Under the pieces are notes generated by a model. It had not been told where the DNA came from, did not search any database, and worked only from the letters and a program-made list of their open reading frames with translations. This document shows positions 52,384-64,000 of a stretch of 64,000 bases of DNA, piece after piece. Origin of the DNA: Octopus vulgaris (taxonomy: Eukaryota); assembly GCA_951406725.2 (NCBI GenBank), contig OX597819.1:6448001-6512000 (forward strand), given 5' to 3'. Each line of letters begins with the position of its first letter. Within the stretch, counting starts at the first letter, position 1. The translations under genes and the position numbers were made by a program.

Positions 52384-52807
52384 CTAGCAGTATCGCCCGG
52401 CGTTGCTCGGGTTTGTAAGGGAAATAACTATATAAGCATTTTTAGAGAGTTATAGCCAAAAAATAGCAAAAAAATGCATTAAAAATGGGAAAAAAATGAT
52501 GGTAATTTTTTTTTTAATCGTTGACTCATCGTAGACATTTTTAGAGAGTCTTATATAATATATATATAATAGCGAAAAAATATATAATAGCGAAAAAAAT
52601 GCATTAAAATAGAAAAAAATGATGGTAAATTTTTTTTTAAATCGTAGACTCATCGTAGACGCGCGCTAATACACAGAAGGGCTCGATATGAATCACAACT
52701 ATAAGATACCCGGTTTTGGTTAAACTGCACCGCAAAATGTGGGAGTAGTTAGGAATCTAAATCGTAGGAGACAGACACTCACACAACTTCACTTTTATAT
52801 ATAAAGA
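52384..52807 (-). mobile_element. Non-autonomous Helitron
   Basis: Reverse complement of the 23475 family with TC and CTAG termini and an A|T target. Confidence 0.92.
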
Positions 52808-53136
52808 TAAGCGCATATTTCAGAATATCAGCCAGCATTTTGTCACGTGACAATATTCCCTGTTGCTAGTGCTGTATAAAATCTCGAGGCAAACGTGCTT
52901 AATTCCACATTATCGTAAGAAACTTGCTGCGACTAGGTTATTGTTTTATATAAACAATACGTACCTGCATATATATTTGTACGTTTGTGTTTCGAACTGT
53001 TACATATATAAGTTATAATATATCATTTCAAATAAATCTCCTGTAAAATAACATTCTTCAGCTACATTAAAGATAATTTATTGTGGTAGGTGGCCAGAAA
53101 TATTTTAGAACCACACTGACAAGTATCAGTCTTGGA

Positions 53137-53495
53137 CTCTCTCTCTCTCTCTCTCTCTTTCTCTCCCTTTTCTCTCTCTATCTCTCCATCTCTTTCTCCC
53201 TGTCTCTCTCCTACTCTACTTCCTGCTGTTGTTCTCTCTTTTCTCTCTCTATCTCTATCTATCTCTCCCTCTCTCTCCCTCTCTTTCTCTCTCACTCTCC
53301 CTATCTTTCTCCCTCTCTCTCCCTCTCTTTCTCCCTGTCTCTCTCCTACTCTACTTCCTGCTGTTGTTCTCTCTTTTCTCTCTCTCTCTATCTATCTCTC
53401 CCTCTCTCTCCCTCTCTTTCTCTCTCGCTCTCCCTCTCTTTCTCCCTGTCTCTCTCCTTCTCCACTTCCTTCTGCTGTTCTCTCTTCCTCCTTCT
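53137..53495. repeat. Polypyrimidine minisatellite
   Basis: CTCTTTCTCCCTGTCTCTCTCCTACTCTACTTCCTGCTGTTGTTCTCTC motif three times within CT-rich DNA. Confidence 0.85.
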
Positions 53496-55088
53496 GAAAG
53501 CACGGCGCACATGGGTGTTCACTTACACAAATATACACACATGATGTAAACATAGATGCACATACACATACATATTTACTTGCATGTATATACACATACA
53601 TAAGCATATACATATACGTACATACATACCTTTTTTCACACAATTGTTATGGGAAGTGTGTGGGGAAATGGAACGCCTATGGAAGATGTTCCCATTCAAA
53701 ATAACCTACTAAATATAGTTGGTAGTTAAAAGAGGAATTTTTGCCAACAGAAAAACAAGTAGAGAAATTAGTAATTATATATTTCGCTTTTCATTAAACT
53801 CTTTGTAAGAGTTCTACTTGAGTTCAGGCGGAAATTTTTCAGATTCTTTGGGTCGTTCAGTCGGAATGGTTCGTCTTTAAGCTGGATAGGAGCCAAAAGG
53901 ACGAGTCGTTTTCAGTGTAAAAATGCTGGAAAACTTTAGTGTGTTTCTACGAACTAATCTTGTTTTAACGCATTAATCCTCTTTACATGCTATTCTGATA
54001 CGAAAATGTATTTCCCTATACGTACAGCACATACGATTTAGATAACAAAGATAAGATATATAATGTAATCGACAACAGCCTGCAACATAAATATCCATTT
54101 AGATCATTAAGTTATAAACTCCTCGGCACCATCAGAGACAAATGTTGTGTGAAAGGAAAACAAAAAAACGATTATTATAGTGAATATTGCTGCGTTGATT
54201 TTATCAGCATAAGTCGCCAAAATGGAGGCGGATACATCCATAAAAGTTCTAATATTGTCCTCTGCACCTTCCTTTGATTTGAGGTTATATAGCTTTCTAT
54301 ATTTGATACAAGAACATGAATGTGTTCGGATGGATTATATTTGATAGATTCGCCTCGATGCATGTCCACTTATTGTTTTATTGATTTCGGACAGATCAGA
54401 TGCGACGTCGAATTTTTTAGTATTTAGACAGAGAACGTCGACTTATTCTGATCGTTTAGAGAAAAAAATCCATGTTCATTAATGGTAAAACGGAATTGCT
54501 TCCCTACGTGGCTCTTCATACGTGGCTCAACATATATAGGAATATTAAGAAAACAATGATATTGTTCAGAAAAAGAAAAAAATTGTTAACTTAGCACAAA
54601 CTACCACAAAACATTTACTCAACACAAAAGTTGAGAGGCCGATTAACAAAAATGATTCTGAATTTTATCCGTAATAAATGGTACAGCCTATGATTGTGTA
54701 TATTCAAAAAAGAGTAAGTTAGGCTGTTTGTTATAGTGTAGAACCAAGTCACACCCGATCGAGAAGACTTATGATGAAATGTATTAAAGGTATCCAAATT
54801 TCGTCACTCTATGGGTATCTAATATTTGATAGTTCATTATGTTATTTCCATTTTTTAAACATTAAGGGACGGAGGAAAATTTGGCTGCAATTTCTCGCTG
54901 TCGAGCGACTACGTAAAGACTGAATAATTTGTTTGAATGAGAAATTTTAAAAAATACGTTTTTATATACAAAATCTTAAGATGTAATCATTTATACTTTC
55001 TTATAGCGTTAATTTAAAGTTAGATTAACTGATCCAATTAACCGTTTGTGGTTGTTTGTGATGATAAGGATCGACAGTTGGGTGGACA

Positions 55089-55491
55089 TCTTTATATATA
55101 AAAGTGAAGTTGTGTGTCTGTCTCCTACGATTTAGATTCCTAACTACTCCCACATTTTGTGGTGCAGTTTAACCAAAACCGGGTATCTTATAGTCGTGAT
55201 TCATATCGAGCCCTTTCTGGGTATTAGCGCGCGTCTACGATGAGTCTACGATTTAAAAAAAAATTACCATCATTCTTTTCCATTTTAATGCATTTTTTCG
55301 CTATTATATAAGGGAAGTAACTCTCTAAAAATGTCTACAATTTTAAAAGTGAACGATTTAAAAAAAAATTTACCATCATTTTTTTTCCATTTTTAATGCA
55401 TTTTTTTGCTATTTTTTGGATATAACTCTCTAAAAATGCTTATATAGTTATTTCCCTTACAAACCCGAGCAACGCCGGGCGATACTGCTAG
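55089..55491 (+). mobile_element. Non-autonomous Helitron
   Basis: A|TC ... CCCGAGCAACGCCGGG ... CTAG|T. Confidence 0.92.
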
Positions 55492-55616
55492 TGTTGTATA
55501 ACTATTAGATGATAAGACTTTAACATTTTCTTCTAAATCGATACATACCTTTCTTCTAAACTGATATACACAGACACACAAATGGGTATATGTACGTGTA
55601 GGGCTAAGTATAGATT

Positions 55617-55752
55617 CACTTTATTTCACGTTGCTCCAGTCCACTCAGCTGGCAAGAATGAGTTGTACCTGTATTTGAAAGGGCCAGCCTTGTTACATTC
55701 GGTATCACGCTGAATTTCACTCAGAATTACGTTAAAAGTACACGGGTCTGTA
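55617..55752 (+). mobile_element. Fragment of chimeric SINE (family C core joined to family B tail)
   Basis: CACTTTATTTCACGTTGCTCCAG...GAGTTG followed directly by TACCTGTATTTGAAAGGGCCAGCCTTGT. Confidence 0.7.
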
Positions 55753-56234
55753 CCCGGGTCAAGGAACACCTTGATGTGTTGGTGAATAGCCAAAAGCATT
55801 GGAGAGTATAAAGATCAAAGTTGTAGTTGAGAAAAGCTGAGTTGACCTGGATGATTTGGAAGCCATGTGAATAATATTTACTGGTACCAGGATGGTTCGA
55901 GAGGGATAACAAAATACCGACATAATGACTGCTGTTCAATGCTCTGTGGACACTGTATAGGCTGCAAAATGTGACATGGACAGCTACAATGGAGGCGGCA
56001 AAGCTTTGACCCGCTGGAAGTGGCAAAACAGGCATTCTGACTGCGTCTGCATGTCAGGATACAGCCTCAAATACTTTAAGAGGGCCTTAGGGTCAATTCA
56101 GACGGCTATATAAAAATTCTGTAGACCGTTGTCAATCACTGACAGGAGAAGGCTGCAACCGAAATGCTATATGTATGGCAGCATAATTCAGTTCCTTGTC
56201 ATATCTCTAAAGAGATTCAAAAGTGGTTGTCGAA

Positions 56235-56520
56235 GTGTTTGTTCAACCTGTCCACCTCCAATTACTCTGTTTGCAACAGCAAGTCCGAGCTGGGGACCAA
56301 GACCGAAGAGGTGTTCAAAGATCGTCCCTGCAACACAATAAGGAACGCATGCACTAGTTTCTTGAGCCTCCTTGAGGCCATGGTTGAAGCCGAGGGCAGC
56401 AATTTTGAGAAAACCGTTATCTCCCAGCCATAATCTAGTTGCTATTTCTTCAAATATTTTTATTTATGAACAGGATATTGTTTTCATAACCTTTTATGCA
56501 AACTGTCAAATTTATCCCGA
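56235..56520 (+). mobile_element. Tc1/mariner (maT-like) transposase C-terminal relic
   Basis: IRNACTSFLSLLEAMVEAEGSNFE resembles the AC..F..RL..VVEAEG..FE C-terminus. Confidence 0.6.
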
Positions 56521-59320
56521 ATACCTTGACGATGGGATTTTCTCAGGTACTAAATCCACTCACGATGCTTTGGTCTGTCCGGGGCTTTAATAGAAGAAAC
56601 TTATCCAATGTACCTCGCACGTGGCAGGAATGTAAGCTTCTTACCTATACAGCTACGCCTAATTATGATAGTAACAACGATAATAATATGTGATGAAGAT
56701 GAGAAAGAAGTGGAGTTTTTAATTGATTTCTTTTATTGACCACAAAAGCCCAAGATGTAAACGAAATAAAAAAAGAGCACAAAATGGGAGTAACATGGAC
56801 CGAAGAAATAAAGATATAACAAACAATATAGAAAATATATTGAAAACAATTTTGAACAAGAAAAGATATTATCCAAATTGAAGAAATCTACCGAAGGTAA
56901 TTCGGAAAAAAAACACTCAAAATGTTCCAAATACGCTATCAGAACCAAGGCATCAACAGGCTCTCTCTCAATTTCTTTCATTCTAGTTTAAAAAGCATAT
57001 TCAAGGTAGATGCATTCAGCATCATTAGTCTCTTTCATTAGCACCTTTCCCAAAATATTGAACTTTGTGTGGGCAGAATTATAGTCCGACATTTTCTGTC
57101 ATGTCCCCTTTATTCTGATCATTTCTCTGCAGTGTCACTACTGGGCGGCTCACTCGACTGGGAATGCTTCTAATCAGCAGTCACCTGCCAACTGCAGTAA
57201 GCCGCTGCTAAGATAGGAACAAAGGAATCTGGCGTGTGAAAATATAACTCATAGGACAGATCAGCAGATCCCATTTTTACTCTCTTTATACGGTGGCTTA
57301 GCACATGTCCAATACTGCCTCAATCAAACACAGCAAACTGTTAACCGCACTCGTTTCTTTGGAATTGGATGTCACACAGCCACCGAGGTTTTTCATAGTC
57401 TGTATTATAGCTCTTTTGGCTCTATTGTGATGCTGCACCCTCTATCAACCAGGCCCAAAGGATATTTTTCGTTGACCTCATGTATCAAAGCACATGTCCT
57501 AGGTTGAACAACACGTAGTACCTATTTCGCGTCGAAGAAATGGTAGAGCGGCATTCTTCCTGCTAGCTCTTAGTTTGTGATGCCTCTTCCATGAACATCT
57601 AGTTTATTTGCTATTCTGCTGTTCCCTAAAGCAATCTCTTTAAAGCCAACTTCTTTAATTTTTCTTTTAAGTGAAACTCATCTCCAATTGCTGATGATTG
57701 CTCCACTTAATTCTCAATTAAGTTGTACACTAATTTGATCCCTGAAATGCTTCCGCGCCGGGAAGTACGCTTTCATCTTACAGAACACTATAATTGTCCT
57801 TCGTCTTTCTTATTTGACCAAGACCTAGATACCCAACTATCTGAGACTGTGAACAAGTTATACTAAATTCATCTCTTAACCTGAAAGAAACCCATAAATG
57901 CGAACTAGATATCTCACTGTGAGCTGACCAGGTCCATAAAGGCTATAGTGAAAATCGAGGCGAAATACGTTACACAGTTGGAAATATCAAGAAAGTTTGC
58001 GAGGCTTTTGCATACTATTGACCGAACGGGTACACCAATATAATGTTTGCGAATGTCAAAAAATCACATTCCACTCACACACTTACGTTAAACAGCGACA
58101 CATTACTCGTAAAGTTTCTTGGCGTTTAATGAAACCCAACCATCCAGCTCCTGTCGGAGCGTAAATAACCACCGTCGCTTTCATTTCTACTCAACGGAGT
58201 ACTCACATAATCTACAAAAACATATTCATCTTTACAACTGATCCTTTTCAAAAAGTATCACCATTTCAACAATTTGAGAAAAAATATTGTATAATCAATT
58301 TTAAATATACAAAAAAACCTTAAGAAAGAACTCTTCACATGGTTTTATATTCATGAAGTGGTTATCTTTTAATAACTTCAAAAACCTTCAAAAACTGTCA
58401 AAAATATGTTGGTTTCAAATTTTAGTACAGGGCTAGCAATTTCGAGGTAGTGGGTAGGTCGATTACCTTGTTTCCAGGGCTCAACTGGTACTTATTTTAT
58501 CGACTACGAAAGGATGAAAGAAAACCAGGCAGACCAAACGCTGTTAAGCATTTTGTTCCATGTGCTAAAGACTCTGCCTGATCGCCTATCGGTTTTAAGA
58601 CTGTGAAAGACAAAATATAATTGAAATTTTAATAGTTGAGGCGGATAAAGAGAAGGAACATGAGACATATAAAATCATGCTATATAGAATAGGGGAAAAT
58701 AATGTAAGGGAAATAAATTCAACCAGATGGAGACGGATGGAGAAAAACAAAGGTACCAACATATACATAATTACTTAAGCATATAGGGAACTGTTGATAA
58801 AAACACGTGATTGAAGAGAAGTGAAGATGTAAGAAAGTAATATGGGGGAAGTGGCCAATAATTAATTTCACAGTAAATCAAGTGGAAAAACGACTAATTA
58901 TATATTTTCCAGCTTTCATTTTCTCCGTCTATTTCTAATTACATATTTTCTACAATTTATATTGAAATCTCCACTTCATTATTGCATTTCTTCATCTATA
59001 ACAATGAAGAAATACAGATACTATATTTACAATGCCCTTATTTTCAAATAGCCATACATTCTATAGAAGTAACACATTTCATAATTGTTTTGGAAGACCC
59101 ACACAGAACAAAACATAATTTCTACAGAATCATTTTAATTTAAAGCTACTGCGACTGTGTGGTAAGAAGCTTACTTCCCAACCACATGGATCCGGGTTCA
59201 TTCCACTGCTTGACACCTTGAGCAAGTGTCTTCTACTGTAGCCTTAAAAAGAAAATAAATGCCGGGGTTGATCCATCTGATGGATCTTTAGTCAAGTGGA
59301 TCAACACCAGCATTTATTTT

Positions 59321-59368
<48 letters not shown>

Positions 59369-59413
59369 ATATATATATATGTATGTATGTATGTATGTAT
59401 ATGTATATGTTTG

Positions 59414-59486
<73 letters not shown>

Positions 59487-59494
59487 ATAGAAAT

Positions 59495-59657
59495 TAAATA
59501 TAAATTACAAAATGGGACAAGAACGCAAAAACACACAAAGAGACGACACAAAAAAACAGACGGGTCATTCGAAGCCTCTAATCTTCAGTCGGGAACCGGA
59601 TCATCTTAGCAATTCCGGCTGATTAATCCTGATATCGCTCCGATACGGCCAGCCCCA
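59495..59657 (-). mobile_element. Family E fragment
   Basis: AAAATGGGACAAGAACG...GGGTCATTCGAAGCC...CGGCCAGCCCCA matches 1725-1873. Confidence 0.8.
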
Positions 59658-59936
59658 GGTTGTGACGACGAGGGCTCTAGTTGATCCAATGAACTGAACA
59701 GCCAGCTCGTGAAATTATCGTGCAAGAGGTTGAGCACTCCACAGTCAGGGAGATTCAACGTGATACAAAATGCGACAAGGATGGGCCTTTGAAATACAGG
59801 TACAAGTTGAGTGAACTGATGCAACGTGAAATAAATTATATTGCTCGTGAATGCAATGCGCCGCTTGGTATGGGACTCACGACTCCAAAGCTCGTGAGAC
59901 GAATGCCTCTAACTGCTAAGCCGTGCTCCTTTTCAC
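59658..59936 (-). mobile_element. Old chimeric SINE (family C head, family B tail)
   Basis: Minus strand: tRNA head, TTTATTTCACGTTGC, then TTGTACCTGTATTTCAAAGG...GCCCTCGTCGTC. Confidence 0.7.
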
Positions 59937-60182
59937 TTGGGTTAAACAAGAACTGGTAAACTGAAGCATGGTGCCACTTTCACATATTATTACAATTCAG
60001 CATCGTTCTTTTCACTTCCTTCTTCGTTACTATGTCCAACTGCATTCTACAACCTCTTTATTTTCTTTATACACTTCATATTTTTTTATCTTGTTTTTTT
60101 TTCTTTTTCTTCCTTTTCAATTCTTTGTTAGCATCGTCTTTTCATAATTTACTTTTCTCTTTCGTTTAAGTCAGATGTTTAA

Positions 60183-60440
<258 letters not shown>

Positions 60441-61938
60441 TCCCCTCCTCTTTGCTTCTTTCCGCGTTGCCCTCTTCCTATATATCGTCTTTAACTTTCT
60501 CCTCTCCACCCATGAGGTTTTTTCTCTATTTTCCACCAATTTTCTCCTGCTGCATCCTTACCTTATTTCTCCCATCACAATAATGTTTTTTTCTTTACTT
60601 CTTTCCTCTTCTACCTTTCCTCTTCTTTAGAACATCGCACCATTTTTTTCATTATTGTTTGTATGATATTGTACCGATAACGATGATGCCCATGATCATG
60701 AATATGATGACGATGATGACAACGACGATGATGACGATGAGGATGATGATGATGATCAAAATAAACAAAAGAAAAGAGATGGTTCGGCGAAGAGAAATAT
60801 TTATTTTAAATTGAATAATTTGTAATGAAAGAAAATGCCTGCGGAGAAACATTGAAATTCAATATTAAAAGCTAGCCTGAATGAATGGTAGTTAAAGATA
60901 AGAACTAAATTAGTGGCATGGAATATTTCAAGTTCACCGAATCGGGTCATACAACATTTCCACTTTAATTAGAAACTGAAAATTGAAAGCAGCCGAGACA
61001 GTAGAGTAGTGCGTTTCACTGAAAACACTAGATTACTTAGTTTCTGACTTAAACTCTATTATTTCCTAGTTCAATTCCCACCAATGTAAATTTACTTTCT
61101 CAGAGTTAATAAAATTAATTCATTACCAAAATGAATGACAACCTAACATCGTTAGTAACTATGTGCGTCACAGCTCAGCTAAGCACTAAAACAGTAGCTT
61201 ATTGGTATGTAACTTAATATGATATAAAGTAAGAAATAAATGTAATACTCAACATGAATAATGTGTAAAAAGGTATAATGTTTATTGCATAATATCAACA
61301 AAATCACTTTTAGATGTACTAATAAAAATTTTTAAAAAAGATGTTGAATTGACAGAAGCTTTCTTTCCCAAATAACTTGATAGCATTAACGACAGACTTA
61401 GATAAATCTATATATCTAAAATTAGACGAAACTTTTGCGACTGAAAAATATTTTACGAGAAAACATCCGTTAACATCACAAAAAGCAGGCACCAATACAA
61501 TATATAACAATACACACTCACACACTCACGCCACAAAAATAGAACTCAATAATTGAGTGCATATACTAAATTATTGCAATTGAGAGAAGTGTCTTAATCG
61601 TCGAGAGTTCGTGCAAAGGATTTGGATTTATCACAAATGCATGTACGAGTGGCATGAAAAGTGGCATGTACTTATATCTCTCCTGGTTTCACAAGCCTTC
61701 GAGAATTACCACGGTGGCTAGAGAATTACCACGGTGGCAAGTGTTAGACGGAAGCTGCGCAGAAACCCGTCAGATATATATGCATAATCGCACATATAAC
61801 GTCTTATACGAATTTATGAGATTTGTCACGCACACACGCACACATACATATAAGCACATACATAAACATATGTAAGCACACACACATAAACATACGTAGG
61901 CACACACATAAACATACGTAAGCACACACACACATGGA

Positions 61939-62326
61939 TGGAAGCACTCCGTCGGTTACGACGACGAGGGTTCCGGTTGATCCGAATCAACGGAAGAGCC
62001 TGCTCGTGAAATTAACGTGTAAGTGGCTGAGCACTCCACAGAAACGTGTACCCTTAACGTAGTTCTCGGGGATATTCAGCGTGACACAGACAGTGACAAG
62101 GCCGGCCCCTTTGAAATACAGGTACAACAGAAACAGGAAGTAAGAGTGAGAGAACGTTGTGGTGAAAGAGTACAGCAGGGATCACCACCATCCCCTGCCG
62201 GAGCCTCGTGGAGCTTTTTAGGTGTTTTCGCTCAATAAACACTCACAACGCCCGGTCTGGGAATAGAAACCGCGATCCTATGACCGCGAGTCCGCTGCCC
62301 TAACCACTGGGCCATTGCGCCTCCAC
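61939..62326 (-). mobile_element. tRNA-derived SINE, family B
   Basis: Reverse-complement full copy of the 19974 element. Confidence 0.92.
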
Positions 62327-62689
62327 ACACACATACATACATACACACACATACATACATACACAGACACAAATATATAGATTGCAAAATCGTAAAATAT
62401 TGTGTAATAAAACACTGTTGTAATTTGCGAGGCATTTACTACTAATTAAAATACACGTACTGGTTGAATTGCACTTCAGTTTTATTATCAATTAATGAAA
62501 TAACTTGTTTAATTAATTAATTAATTAATAAACTGATTAAATGTGTTATCGGATTTCTTTCGCCAGAGCTTCTGATCTAACCTATGGCAATGTCACCCTC
62601 TATACATTCATTGCTTAATGTTGCGTGCCTAATATATAATGTTCAAGCCTGTTCATACGATCGTCACCAGCGCAAATGTGCGTAAATGC

Positions 62690-63099
62690 GCATCGAGAAT
62701 TCGTTCACCAGGACTTGACCGTCAATCGAGAGTTCAACTGCGACGTTTTGAAGCAATTGAGGGAAGACGTTCAGCGAAAGAGACCGGATCTATTAAGCGC
62801 GTACAACTGGATTCTTCACGACGACAATGCACTCTGTCACCGAGCTCTCCTTACTCTTGAGTTTCCCGCCAAAAACATGCTATCGCTTCCGCACCCTCCC
62901 TATTCGCCAGATTTAACACCTGCGGACTTCCAATCTCTTTCTCGAGATGAAAATGCAGCTCAAAGGTCGCCGTTTTAACACTGAGCGAATCTTGTTGCAC
63001 AAGGTGCGTATTTCGAAGGATAATGTGTGAAAACTTAAGTAAATAAGTCATCCTTTATTAAATATTACTAGTCCTGGAACTTTGTGATATCACCTCGTA
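62690..63099 (+). mobile_element. mariner 3' fragment (DD34D catalytic region and right TIR)
   Basis: WILHDDNALCH and HPPYSPDLTPADF motifs; ends GAACTTTGTGATATCACCTCG-TA. Confidence 0.88.
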
Positions 63100-63294
63100 C
63101 ATAGAAAAGCTTGTACATAGAAACCTCGTACATAGAAAAGCATTACCAATGTAAAAAAATACACGTATGTAGGAAACATAAATCAGTCAGGAGAGTGTTT
63201 GGGAAGCCTATCTCGTGAGCATATGTGCATTGAGCTCTAACACGAGGTCATCAGCATTGTCATGCCTAAATGAAACATATCAAAATGTAACTGG

Positions 63295-63510
63295 ATGTGA
63301 ATCGCTGGAGATTTGTTTTTCTTCTGCCTTCCTTTTCTGTTGGAGTCTCCTCTGTCTCCTGTTTCTGAAGAAGAGCTTTGCTCGAAACATAAACCCTTCT
63401 TTCTTTCCTTCCCTGAGCGTTTTCTAATACTTTGCATGTACCACGTCCTCGCGTTGTTGTTTTTTACTTGTTGTTTTCTTCGTTTTGGGGGGTGAAGGAT
63501 TTACTATTAT
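63295..63510 (+). mobile_element. Family F pLTR-like element with HHR motif at 63361-63395
   Basis: GTTT-CTGAAGA-A-GAGC[TTT]GCTC-GAAA-CA-TA-AACC; homologous to 33745-33960. Confidence 0.7.
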
Positions 63511-63543
63511 ATATATATATATATATATACATACATACATACA

Positions 63544-63576
<33 letters not shown>

Positions 63577-63604
63577 TCTTCCTCTAATAGAATATATATA
63601 TATA

Positions 63605-64000
63605 GACCACTCAAACTACTAAAAAATGGAATCTCAAGAGCAATGAACCAGGACATCACACAACTCAGAACTCCAAAAACGAAAAACAAAGAAAACATCA
63701 TCCCTTTCATAAACACACACAATCCTGGAGTTACCAACACGTTTCAAATCATACATTCAAACTTACCAATAGTCCTACAAAGCCCCAGTAGACGACAAGA
63801 CAAAAACCTGAAGAAACAACTAACAAGAACGAAATTCTCATCAGAGACTAAAACCGAATTCGTTGTAAAAGAGTGCAGAGATGGTAGATGTGGGATCTGC
63901 AGTAACCCCACCTACAAATATATAGAGGGAGACAAACAAATAAAATTTAAGAGTGGTCACATATTCAAAGTAAATGCAAACATGAACTGCAAGACGTAGA
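63605..64000 (+). pseudogene. Penelope-like element ORF fragment (RT-to-endonuclease linker), runs off the window
   Basis: IIPFINTHNP...RRQDKNLKKQL...CRDGRCGIC...FKVNANMNCKT, the Cys-containing linker that precedes GIY-YIG in Neptune-type PLEs. Confidence 0.82.

Overview
AT-rich, microsatellite-laden animal non-coding DNA. The tRNA-derived SINE repertoire and (TA)n/(CA)n density suggest a coleoid cephalopod such as Octopus; this is an inference, not a database match. I recognise no host protein-coding exon, and most ORFs in the track are microsatellite artefacts. The window is a nested mobile-element landscape: at least four tRNA-SINE families with swapped modules, a CR1-type LINE, several RTE and R4-type LINE 3' fragments, an internally deleted Chapaev3-type DNA transposon with TTA TSDs, Tc1/mariner relics, a Harbinger-like MITE, seven or eight non-autonomous Helitrons and many Penelope-like (PLE) fragments. 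Main signals: (1) several hand-folded type I hammerhead-ribozyme motifs in PLE-like short elements sitting in (TA)n tracts, the best at 16714-16805 and 21420-21464; (2) two SINE-LINE partner pairs whose shared 3' tails are both visible in the window; (3) a 164-bp tandem array with variable (AT)n spacers that ends in a fold-back; (4) recurrent short inverted duplications next to TA/CA microsatellites. These fit known families, so I do not claim a wholly new system. All coordinates, alignments and folds were read by eye.
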